Assembly: GCA_029262175.1 (NCBI GenBank)
Contig: JAJCZV010000101.1
Coordinates: forward strand, 17,392-81,391
Source of the DNA: Gemmatimonadota bacterium
GTDB taxonomy: Bacteria > Gemmatimonadota > Gemmatimonadetes > Palauibacterales > Palauibacteraceae
Direction: 5' to 3'
DNA: 64,000 nt
A model generated the notes under the pieces. The model was not told the DNA's origin. It was given only the letters and a program-made list of their open reading frames with translations, and did no database searches. This document shows, piece after piece, positions 10,855-19,300 of this stretch (within the stretch, counting starts at the first letter, position 1; each line of letters opens with the position of its first letter). Made by a program: the position numbers and the translations under genes.

Positions 10855-11337
10855 TCAGAACCTCGACGCCAAACCGACGTAGGCACCGTCGGTCGCGCGC
10901 ACGACATCGTCCCAACTCGGAGGGAGTTGGAGCGACACGACGGTCTCTCCATCGCGCCCCATGCTGTAGAGGTCGTACGTGGTGTTGATCGGCACATCGA
11001 ATCGGTCGAGCCGCGCCTGCCCCACCCAAGCGATCCCGTCGAACCGCAGATAGCGGTACGGGCGCCCCCAGGGGTCCAGACGCGCCGCCCAGCCGACATC
11101 GGCGAGACTCGACGGCGGCCGCCGAGCCGCGAGGGCGTAGCTTTCGATCTCCGCCTCGATCGTCCGGATGTCTACGATGGCCTGGGTCACGCGGCGCTTT
11201 TCGCGGGCGTCCTGCGACGCGTAAAGGCCGATCGTCGAGAGCACGCCGACGATCGCGAGGCCGAAGAGGATCTCAATGAGTGTCCATCCCCAACCGCCCC
11301 GAATGCGGTCCGGATACTCGCTAGGTGCGCGACTCAC
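10855..11337 (-). CDS. GspG-like (type II secretion / type IV pilin-like) pseudopilin
   Basis: The prepilin N-terminal motif is G|WTLIEILFGLAIVGVL, with Glu at +5. The C-terminal T2SS-G-like pattern is DIRTIEAEIESY...DPWGRPYRYL...YDLYSMGRDGE. GTG 11337 overlaps the upstream stop (GTGA). GTG 11346 is an alternative start. Confidence 0.75.
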   Translation of the reverse strand: MSRAPSEYPDRIRGGWGWTLIEILFGLAIVGVLSTIGLYASQDAREKRRVTQAIVDIRTIEAEIESYALAARRPPSSLADVGWAARLDPWGRPYRYLRFDGIAWVGQARLDRFDVPINTTYDLYSMGRDGETVVSLQLPPSWDDVVRATDGAYVGLASRF

Positions 11338-12590
11338 CCTTTCCACGCGAGAAGCCGAGGTCCAGAGCCGGCGGCCCGCGCGGCGTCGATGATCGACGGA
11401 CACGAATAGTCGACGCGGGCGCCCGGCCAATCGAAGCGCACCGTTCCGGCTCGGCGGGAGAGTTCGACGATCGCGCCTTGGACGCGAAAAGAGCCCGAGG
11501 TGGTCTCTGGGAGCTGGTCGACGATCACGATGCCTCGGAAAATGCCGCCCGAGAGGTCGTGGAGGACCGCCGGCCCGAAAGCCGGATTCGCAGCGATCCC
11601 CGCGTCGAATTGCGGATCGGAGGGATCGTGCTGGCGCGGATCGAACCTCGGATTGTGGACGATGAGCACGCCGCTGCCGGCGATGTCGCCGCACCCGCCC
11701 GAGGTGAGACAGCGCCCCGCACTCGCGGCTTCATCATCGATCCACGTCACCCCAGACAGCGTGTCGGGCGGGCTGAGACCGTGGATGTAGCCGCTGCGAC
11801 GAAATGGATCGAGTGCCCCGGCGGGGACCCGGAGGACGTCTTCGGGTCCGACCGCGTCGGCCGATGACTCGTACGTCACGTACGGTGGCGCGCTCCCCGC
11901 CGTACCAGGGTCCCCGTCCAGGGTAGCGGTGACGGTGGGCGCGAGGGCATTCGCGTGGGCCATGTTGATCGCAGCCCGGTTTTCACCACATAGCCCGGTC
12001 GAATCGGGCGCCGTCGCATCCAAAGCAAAACCGGCGTGCGAAACGTTGAGACCCGAGATGATCGCGCCCGCACGCCACTCCGTAGCACCTCTCGCGTGGA
12101 TTGAAACGGCGGCAGGCAGCCGGGGCACCGATCGCCGAGTAAGCCAGAGAGACTGTGTCGCCCGTACCCGACCGCGCGAGGCGCCCGCATTGATCACGAA
12201 GACCGAATCTCCAGCGGCGCCGTTGTGTCCGGTCGCGTCTTCCTCGTCGAAGAAGACCTGCCGCTCGCCCGACCCGAAGTCGAAACGATCCGGGGACACA
12301 TCGATCCGGTACGCGTAGCCATCGAGCGAACCGGTCACCGGCCAGTCCGCCGCGGTGGTCGTGGAGTCGGCCAGAACCGCGCGTGCGTGTTCCATGCCGG
12401 AAGCGGCGGCCTCGGCGGCACGCGCGTTGCCGGCGAAGAGCCCCTCGACTCGCACGTCGCTGGTCACCACGAACGCCGCCGTGGCGCCGAGCAGCGTCAG
12501 GAGGACCATGAAGGCCATCGCGACCGGCACGGCGAAGCCCCGCTCTGGGGCGCGATCCCAGGCCGCTGGACACGGTGTCGACGGGTGCAT
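11334..12590 (-). CDS. PilX/GspK-like minor pseudopilin
   Basis: The N-terminus ERGFAVPVAMAFMVLLTLLGATAAF...NARAAEAAASGMEHARAVL fits the PilX N-terminal pattern. It lacks Glu+5, as GspK and PilX do. The gene sits between the J-like and G-like genes. Confidence 0.6.
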   Translation of the reverse strand: MHPSTPCPAAWDRAPERGFAVPVAMAFMVLLTLLGATAAFVVTSDVRVEGLFAGNARAAEAAASGMEHARAVLADSTTTAADWPVTGSLDGYAYRIDVSPDRFDFGSGERQVFFDEEDATGHNGAAGDSVFVINAGASRGRVRATQSLWLTRRSVPRLPAAVSIHARGATEWRAGAIISGLNVSHAGFALDATAPDSTGLCGENRAAINMAHANALAPTVTATLDGDPGTAGSAPPYVTYESSADAVGPEDVLRVPAGALDPFRRSGYIHGLSPPDTLSGVTWIDDEAASAGRCLTSGGCGDIAGSGVLIVHNPRFDPRQHDPSDPQFDAGIAANPAFGPAVLHDLSGGIFRGIVIVDQLPETTSGSFRVQGAIVELSRRAGTVRFDWPGARVDYSCPSIIDAARAAGSGPRLLAWKG

Positions 12591-12597
12591 GGGCCGC

Positions 12598-13191
12598 TCA
12601 GTTCCTCAGACGGACGTGGGCGGGAAACGTCGCCTGGAGCTCGCCTTCCAATGCGGAGAACCGCAGCAGCATCTCGATGGTGGCGACGCGCTCGAGGTCC
12701 GTCGTAGGATCGCCGGTCGAGTCCAGATAACGGAAGTTCAGCGAATCGACGGCGTCGACCACGATGCCGTCGCGCCCATCCGCGCGCCGCACGAACGTCC
12801 GTGCCTGGGCGTCGTGAAAATAAAGCACGCGCTCGTCGCCTTCGGCGCCGTAGTCGTCGACGTCCCCGTCCTCGTTGAGATCGGATGTCCAGCCTACGCT
12901 GTCGACAAAGGCGTGGGTCAGTCCGGCATCGCTCCTCCCCCGCGGATCGAAGCGGGCGTTTGCCGCCTCCGCGCTCCAGAGCTCGACGGCGGCGCGTGCG
13001 TTTTGCGCGCCGGCCACGACGAGCGCTTGGCGGGCGTACGCGCGCTGCTGCGCGCCGACGAAGCTGACAAGCCAGAATCCGATCAGACCGACCAGGCTGA
13101 GCGCGATGAGCAGCTCGACGGTCGTGAACCCACGACGGCGCAAATCGCCATGTCGAGGGCTCGGCTCGGAAACACGTCGGAGGACTCTCAT
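12598..13191 (-). CDS. PilW/GspJ-like minor pseudopilin
   Basis: ATG 13191 overlaps the upstream stop (ATGA). The prepilin motif is RRRG|FTTVELLIALSLVGLIG, with Glu+5. Confidence 0.7.
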   Translation of the reverse strand: MRVLRRVSEPSPRHGDLRRRGFTTVELLIALSLVGLIGFWLVSFVGAQQRAYARQALVVAGAQNARAAVELWSAEAANARFDPRGRSDAGLTHAFVDSVGWTSDLNEDGDVDDYGAEGDERVLYFHDAQARTFVRRADGRDGIVVDAVDSLNFRYLDSTGDPTTDLERVATIEMLLRFSALEGELQATFPAHVRLRN

Positions 13192-13658
13192 CGGTCCGCG
13201 ACGTACCCGACGATCTCGCGCGAGCGGGCCCGTCCGGAGCCGGTGGCCAAACGGTCCACGGTCCCCTCGACGTCCGTCAGGGTCGAGACGAGCGGGCGGG
13301 AAAGCGGCTCGACGAGCGTTGCGGCGTAGTCGCTCCACGATGCGGCCACGCGGACCTCGACGAGACCGGCGCGGGGCACATCGCGGCGCAGGCGCCAAGT
13401 GCGCGTGTATTGCACGCCGTCGAGCCGCACTTGCTCGGCCCCATCGGCGAGCAGAGCGCTTCCCTCCCGGAACGACGCGAGCTTCTGGCGCACGAGATGC
13501 TCGGCCACGGTTGCCTCGAGCGAGCCGCGCGCTGCGCGGTTCGTCGATGTGAGTGCGCCGCCGAGCATGAGTACACCCGCTGAGAGCATCGTGAGCGCGA
13601 CGAGGGCCTCGACCAGCGAAAAGCCGTCGGACCGAATCCGTTTGGGTAGCCGGCTCAT
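13188..13658 (-). CDS. PilV/GspI-like minor pseudopilin
   Basis: ATG 13658 overlaps the upstream stop (ATGA). The prepilin motif is RSDG|FSLVEALVALTMLSAG, with Glu+5. Confidence 0.7.
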   Translation of the reverse strand: MSRLPKRIRSDGFSLVEALVALTMLSAGVLMLGGALTSTNRAARGSLEATVAEHLVRQKLASFREGSALLADGAEQVRLDGVQYTRTWRLRRDVPRAGLVEVRVAASWSDYAATLVEPLSRPLVSTLTDVEGTVDRLATGSGRARSREIVGYVADR

Positions 13659-14105
13659 GGACGCGTCTGCTTGTGCAGGCCGGAGGCAAACAGATTCACG
13701 ACGACCGTGCGGCTCGCACTGCTGAGGACGATGACAGCGGGCGCGTCCACCCGGCCTTGCGGCAGAAAACGGACGCTTCCGGAAACGGCTCCATCGATGG
13801 TCATCGAAACATCGTGGCGGAGGGTCGTCGCACTCCGGACGATCTCCCAGCGGCCGTCGACCAGGGCGGACGTACCGACCTGTCGCCCTCCGATCAGGTC
13901 GAATCGGACCTCCCGCTCCTCGGCGATCGCCCGCGCCCGGGCCTCCGAAAGCATCGCGGAGATCTTCGACGCCTGGCTGCTCGTGGCGATCCAAGGAGCC
14001 ATCCGTCCTCCCCCCTGCACCACGAAGCTCGCCACAATGCCGATGACGACGACGACGGTCAGTAGCTCGGGGAGCGAGAAGCCCGCCGCCCGTTCTGTAT
14101 GACAT
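13655..14105 (-). CDS. FimU/FimT/GspH-like minor pseudopilin with an apparent +1 frame discontinuity near the 5' end
   Basis: The prepilin motif G|FSLPELLTVVVVIGI is encoded at 14083-14036, upstream of the first canonical start (GTG 14035) of its frame. ATG 14105 has an SD (GGAGGA) but lies in the adjacent frame. The C-terminus (VRFLPQGRVDAPAVIVLSS..RTVVVNLFASG) is GspH/FimT-like. Confidence 0.55.
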
Positions 14106-14386
14106 CTTTGGATACGTCCTCCCTCGATCTCGCCTCCGTCCTCGCACTACGGAGCAAATAGCGATCCGGCATTGGGACGGCGGCAAGAGGTTGGGGGACT
14201 GAGACTTATGGCTCCGCGGACACAAAATGTAGCGCGAGCGGAGCACCGGCTTCGGGGGCATTGTGCCAAGAGCGTAGCGATACGCCGAACGGGTCGGCCG
14301 AGCGCTGCCAGCAACCCAACCAGCCGCGGAACCATGGCCTGAGGGACGACCTCGCCGGCCGTCCTCCCAAACCATTGGCGCACCCG

Positions 14387-15742
14387 TTACCTGCAGTCTG
14401 ACACGAGGCGCGGGTCATCGTATCGGTCCGCTGGGAGACGTCCCGATTTCATCTCCGTCGTCGCGCCGTTTTGGGTGTAGTAAGCCGAAAAGGAGAACGG
14501 GCCAAACGAGTCTCGATCTTCACCTTCGAGAACCAGCACGTAGACCCCTTCGTCGACCGGGGCCGTGAGCAACTGGTTCCAGGCTTGAGTGGTTTCGCGC
14601 CGCTCAAGCGCGGGGCGTCCGTCTCGGTACTCGGTCGAGTCGACCCGGAAGAGGTGAAAACGACCTGCCGCGCCAGACTCGCCGCCAACGACACGAATCC
14701 GACCCGATCGCGTGAACCGGAAGGTGTACATCGCGTAGGGTCGTCCCGGTTGGCAGAAACCGATCGGACTGTCCTCGGACAGCGCTTCGTCGACCGTCAC
14801 CCGCTCGACTCGCGAGAATCCAATCGTTTCCAGCTCGCCAGCCGCGACGATACGTACGTTCGCATGTTGAGGACCACGGACCGAGCGACGCGCTCGGCGG
14901 ACGTGTAGGGTGCGCTCGCTTGTACGATCCCATAGTCGGGTCGCCGACGCGCCGTCGTGCTGCAGGAGAACGAAGTACCGGCTGTCGTCCGGTACGACGA
15001 AGCTCAGGTCGGCGGCGGCTTCTTGCAGGTGGCTCAACTGACCCTGCTCCAGCCGATAGAGCGAGAGGGGACCACCGTCTGCCAGGCGAAGGTGCAGTCG
15101 GTCGCCCTTTCGCGCATCGAGATCCACGGGCACCTCGGGGCTGAGCGGGAGGTGGAGACCCGGGCTGCCCCACCGCGTGGCCGCAGTCGAGCGACCAATC
15201 GTGACGGCGATCTCGCGATCGTAAGCCGGGTGGAACCCGTAGACACCGAGACCCGCCGGAGAGAGTACCTCCGGAGCGAGTGGCCGCGGTCCAGCGTTTC
15301 CGGAGATAAGCTCGATGAGCAGTTCGCCCTGGAACGTGTCACGAAGATCTGGCTCGACCGCCACGAGGTACTGGCCCGATCTGGGAGCCCGGAACCGTCC
15401 GGATTTGGCGTACGCGTCGAACGATTCGATGACCTCGAAACTGGGGAGGTCTCCACTTGCCCAATAGGGCCTCAGCACGGTGACGGAAGCGTCTGTGGGG
15501 AGCGACTCCAGCACGACCACATCGTTGGTCGAGAGAAACATCTCGATCAGGGCCACCGGTCGGCCGTTTGGGGAGAGCGGTGTCTGTGCATCGATCTCCA
15601 CGACCATCCGATGGATGTTGGGGACAGTCAGCGACTCGATCTCGGCGTCCTCGAGCAGAGGCCGCTGAGCCGAGAGACCGGCACGGCCCGTCAGCGCCAT
15701 GCCGAGGACGAGCGCGCCACAAAGCATCTCTGGGGTATTCAT
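14387..15742 (-). CDS. hypothetical secreted protein with a three-fold internal repeat
   Basis: ATG 15742 gives MNTPEMLCGALVLGMALTGRAGLSAQ, a signal peptide. Three modules end in similar strands (SGQYLVAVEP, DSRYFVLLQH, EGVYVLVLEG). I recognised no family. Confidence 0.65.
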   Translation of the reverse strand: MNTPEMLCGALVLGMALTGRAGLSAQRPLLEDAEIESLTVPNIHRMVVEIDAQTPLSPNGRPVALIEMFLSTNDVVVLESLPTDASVTVLRPYWASGDLPSFEVIESFDAYAKSGRFRAPRSGQYLVAVEPDLRDTFQGELLIELISGNAGPRPLAPEVLSPAGLGVYGFHPAYDREIAVTIGRSTAATRWGSPGLHLPLSPEVPVDLDARKGDRLHLRLADGGPLSLYRLEQGQLSHLQEAAADLSFVVPDDSRYFVLLQHDGASATRLWDRTSERTLHVRRARRSVRGPQHANVRIVAAGELETIGFSRVERVTVDEALSEDSPIGFCQPGRPYAMYTFRFTRSGRIRVVGGESGAAGRFHLFRVDSTEYRDGRPALERRETTQAWNQLLTAPVDEGVYVLVLEGEDRDSFGPFSFSAYYTQNGATTEMKSGRLPADRYDDPRLVSDCR

Positions 15743-15783
15743 CGTCGTTTCCAATCGCAAAGGAGGATCAGGTGTCATCTCAC

Positions 15784-15814
15784 AGCGCCGGAATCGGGGG
15801 AAGAAGTGATCATC
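15784..15814 (-). promoter_or_regulatory. bipartite promoter-like motif GATGATCA-N16-CGGCGCT, copy 4
   Basis: The minus strand reads GATGATCA CTTCTTCCCCCGATTC CGGCGCT. The CGGCG element begins 48 nt upstream of ATG 15742. Architecture matches the copies at 16283, 20651 and 21144. Confidence 0.5.
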
Positions 15815-15848
15815 TGGTGGCCAACGAGCATCGGCCCGAACGAGCGAC

Positions 15849-15879
15849 GGCCCCACTCCGGAAGTTCTGGAGAGGGGCC
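15849..15879 (-). terminator. hairpin downstream of small membrane protein gene A
   Basis: GGCCCCACTCC / GGAGAGGGGCC arms form an 11 bp stem with one mismatch and a 9-nt loop. It lies 27 nt after the stop at 15906. No U-tract follows. Confidence 0.4.
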
Positions 15880-15905
15880 GCGAGTACACCAGCAAAGGAG
15901 GACGG

Positions 15906-16238
15906 TCAGATATCGAAGAGAACGTCGACCGTCGTCAGAATGGCCATCAGAAGCGGAAGCGCGGCCATGTACTGCACTTGGATGCCGTAGAGTGAGTGTC
16001 GCTTCGCCAACAGCACGGACTCGCCGGAGTCCACGTCGATCATCGTCTTGTCTCGACCCGGGTCGTTGACCGCGCGTCCCGAAAACCACAGGGCGAGGGC
16101 CGTGACCAGCCAACCGGCAATGAACCTTGCGTCGGGCGAGAATCCCACGCGCCCCAAGCCAACGAGTGTGAGGACGCCGAGAGCGGCAGCGGCGGTCGCA
16201 AGCAACAGTCCGTATCCCCTCCAAATGATGATCAGCAT
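15906..16238 (-). CDS. small membrane protein, paralog A (110 aa, about 3 hydrophobic segments)
   Basis: ATG 16238 has GGAGG 7 nt upstream. The protein begins MLIIIWRGYG and contains DVDSGESV..KRHSLYGI. It is paralogous to 20759..21103. The longer ORF to 16451 would overlap the giant gene. Confidence 0.7.
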   Translation of the reverse strand: MLIIIWRGYGLLLATAAAALGVLTLVGLGRVGFSPDARFIAGWLVTALALWFSGRAVNDPGRDKTMIDVDSGESVLLAKRHSLYGIQVQYMAALPLLMAILTTVDVLFDI

Positions 16239-16282
16239 GGTAGCCTCCGGTGTTGTCGTGAGCGTCAGTCGGTTCACCACAC

Positions 16283-16313
16283 AACGCCGACAAACCAACA
16301 AAAGCTGATCATC
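16283..16313 (-). promoter_or_regulatory. bipartite promoter-like motif GATGATCA-N16-CGGCGTT, copy 3
   Basis: The minus strand reads GATGATCA GCTTTTGTTGGTTTGT CGGCGTT. The CGGCG element begins 51 nt upstream of ATG 16238. Confidence 0.5.
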
Positions 16314-16320
16314 GGATGCT

Positions 16321-16351
16321 CCCCCCGGGAGACATGCCAGGTCCCGGAGGG
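16321..16351 (-). terminator. hairpin downstream of the giant gene
   Basis: On the minus-strand RNA, CCCUCCGGGA pairs with UCCCGGGGGG (10 bp including one G-U) around an 11-nt loop. It lies 31 nt after stop 16382 and immediately before motif copy 3. Confidence 0.4.
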
Positions 16352-16381
16352 AGCGAGTGGCGTTCCATCGGGGGCAGCCAG

Positions 16382-19300
16382 CTACCTCTCCTGCATGAAC
16401 AAGCGACGTGCCTCGTCGTGCTTGAGGGCTGCCCACGCGTGGAACATCCAAGTGTCGGTATCGACCTCATCCAGGTCGCAAAGCACGCTCAGCGCCTCAA
16501 AGACCTCCTGATTCTGCGCATTCATGTCCGCGCGAAGCCTCTGCCTCGCCGTGGGGGCTGCAGGGCTCGACCCGCGTGCGAGTTGATCCAACTTTCGCAG
16601 CCGATCGACCTCATCCTGTCCGATGCCCATGAAGAGCTTCTGAGCTTCCCTGGCGGTCTCGGGGTCGCGGCCGAAGGCAGGGTAGATCCCCCCGGTGTCG
16701 AGGATGCGGACCTTGAGTTGCCCCGAGCGGCCTCTTACAAAACCGAAGTTGCCGTCGGCCGCATCCGTCCAGACGATGCCTCGTGAATTCAGGTGTCGGA
16801 GCGCGCGGTCATACGCCTCGGCCTGCTCACGCGTCATCCGGTCCGGTCCAAGCTTCGATCGGAGGCGATCAGGAATCGCCAGAGGACCGAGCTGCTCCTG
16901 GGCCGGACGGACGTACTCGACCACCTCGCCCGGACCGACGGATTCCCATCGCCCCCCCTGGGCGAGTCCTCCGTCTTCGACCCAACGGTGGACATTGAAC
17001 TCGGCCAGTACTTCGGCCACGTCAACGAGCTCGGAATCGAGTCCCGAGGTTTCGAGGATCCGGCGGCCTCCGCGCTCAGCAGCGATCGCGTCGACGGCCG
17101 CCCACAGATCCTCCGACGTCCAGGGAAGCGATTCCCTTGGCAACCGGCGGACCTTCCCGGGCCCAGCGCGAACGGCCATCGCCTGCGCGCCGGAACCCAA
17201 GACATCCGCTTTGGTGATCACGAGCTCGGTTCTTACACCGTTCTCTGTGACGAGCCAGCGCCCGAGCACAGGGCTCTTCGTGGACTCCAGCGCCGCCTTC
17301 TGCAGCGATGCCTGCTGGGGATCGACCTGTGTTGGAAGATCGGGATCCTGGTCCGAAGCTCCCCGGAACGCGTCCACGTTGCCCACGTCGCGATCCGGCG
17401 ACGGTTTGGAGGGTGTGCCCGCGGGCACTCGGCGGACCGAGACCGAAGACACACCAATCTCGGGTTCCAAGTGGACCCGGACCGCCTCGATCTCGCCCAG
17501 GGCCTCGAGCGTCTCGGTGGCCGCCGCTTCTTGGGGAGGCAGCTGACGCGTCGGCGATCGCAGCGCACGGGCGACGCGGACGGCCCGGGCGGCCCGCGCT
17601 ACAACTCGAACAAACAGATCAGCGGAAACGACATCGACGAGTAGTCCGAGCCCCGAGCCCTCGCGAGCACGAGCGTCGCGGACGCGCCGTCCGGCATCGG
17701 TCACGCTTTCGCTCGCTCCGATGTAGAACTGCGTGGCGTCCCCGCTGGCCCAGTGGTCGAACGTGTACTCATACGCGGAATGCGCTACGAAAGCGGCCTC
17801 TCCCAGCATCACCGTCGCCTCGATCGCCGGCCCGGCCAGGAACGAGAGCGGGAGCGACAGGATCATCGCCACCATGGAGTCCATGCGGCTGTACCCTTGC
17901 TGTGCTTCGTAAGCCTCTACGAGGCTCGCGATGCTTTCCACGCTGGTCTGCGCAGTTCGGTCGGCGACGACCCGATTCGCACCGTCGGGCGACTCCAAGA
18001 ATCGCACAAGCCCTGGCATCGTCTCGCGGGCGAGGGGTTCGAATCCGCGGCCCAACAAGTCAATGAGATCGACGACGTCGCATTCCGCAGCGCGAAGCAT
18101 CGCGAGCGAAGCGTCGATCTTCTCGCCGTATACGGAGATCCCGGATCGTAGCCCACGCACCTGCCAGTACTCGGCTGACCGGCCCCCGAGATCGTCACCG
18201 AACGACTCTCGGACCATCGCCGGGTTCCGGAGGTTGGCAAGGGACGTGGTTCCGAGCGGGCCTTCCACGGGCAAGACTGCCAGCGGATGGATGTGTGGCT
18301 GTAGGTCGGGCCAACCGGGAAAAACAGCATCCGCCCCGATCGCCCATTCCATCGAAGCGCCCCAGGCTCGCACGTCATCATCCGAGATGATGTTGGATAG
18401 CCGAGCGCGACGGGCCGAAAGCGTCGCGATGGCGGCTCGCCGGAGCGTGAGCAGTGCGGCGTGATCTCCAAGCCTTACCGGCAGCTGCCGGATGTCCTTG
18501 ACCGCACCCAGAGTCGCCAGTTGCAAGGCGAGCTTCTCTTTCGACATGCGATGTGGTTCAAGGTCCAGCAGCACGAGATTCGAGATCGCGTCGACCGTGT
18601 TCCCCCGGTCTGCGCGCGCCCCGCCCGTTGCGACACCGTAGCAGGCGGCCGCCTCATTGAGCGCTAGGGCCCACGGAGATTCCGCGTCGACCTGGGCGTG
18701 GCGCACCCAGGCGCCCCCTGGCGCCGTCGCAGCGAATCTCTTCGCTGACGCTTCGCTGACGGAAACATCGAGACGGTCGGTGGCGGCCGCAGCCCATTCG
18801 CCCGGTCCGCACCCACCGCCCGGGCACGACTCGAGCGAAACGATGCGGATCGGATCGGTGAGATAGAGCGTGCTGTCCCGCGTCGATCGATTCGCGACCA
18901 CCGGACCGGTCATTCGCGCCGCCCCGCCATTCTGTCGCGCACGAAGCTCGATGGACGGCATCGGCATCACATCGGCGAGGCGCACACCGACGACGACGAC
19001 CTGCCCACGGTATACGTCCTCCGTCTCCTGCCATTCGTCGCCCGTATTGATCATGAACATCGTGCGCGCCCGGTCGCCCGTCTCGAACCGCCAGTCGATG
19101 CCGGCTCCGTTAACCTCGAGCTCGAGCTGCTCGCCGGGCAGTACGCCGGGTTGTACCGCCGCGTACACGAACACACCGTCGAGTTCCCGCGCGCGACTCC
19201 GGAGTTCCGCCGGCACATCGCCGAGGAACTCGTTCCAGATCTCCTCGACGGTCAACGCGTGGTAATGCTGCTGACCGAACCCCGACGAATACCGAACCCG

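Noticed and set aside
13188-14375. Long N-terminal extensions in the ORF track. Examples: 13188..14375, 12598..13689, 10855..11694, 8793..11099, 46914..48161, 49220..50296, 35847..37559, 60255..61847.
   Set aside because: The extensions are Arg-rich, overlap upstream genes and precede obvious true starts. Those true starts are marked by prepilin leaders, signal peptides, SD sequences or ATGA/GTGA stop-start overlaps. I trimmed them to the supported starts.
18041-18063. A GGTTCGAATCC string resembling a tRNA T-loop.
   Set aside because: The flanking bases do not form a T-stem or the rest of a cloverleaf, and it lies inside the giant coding sequence.
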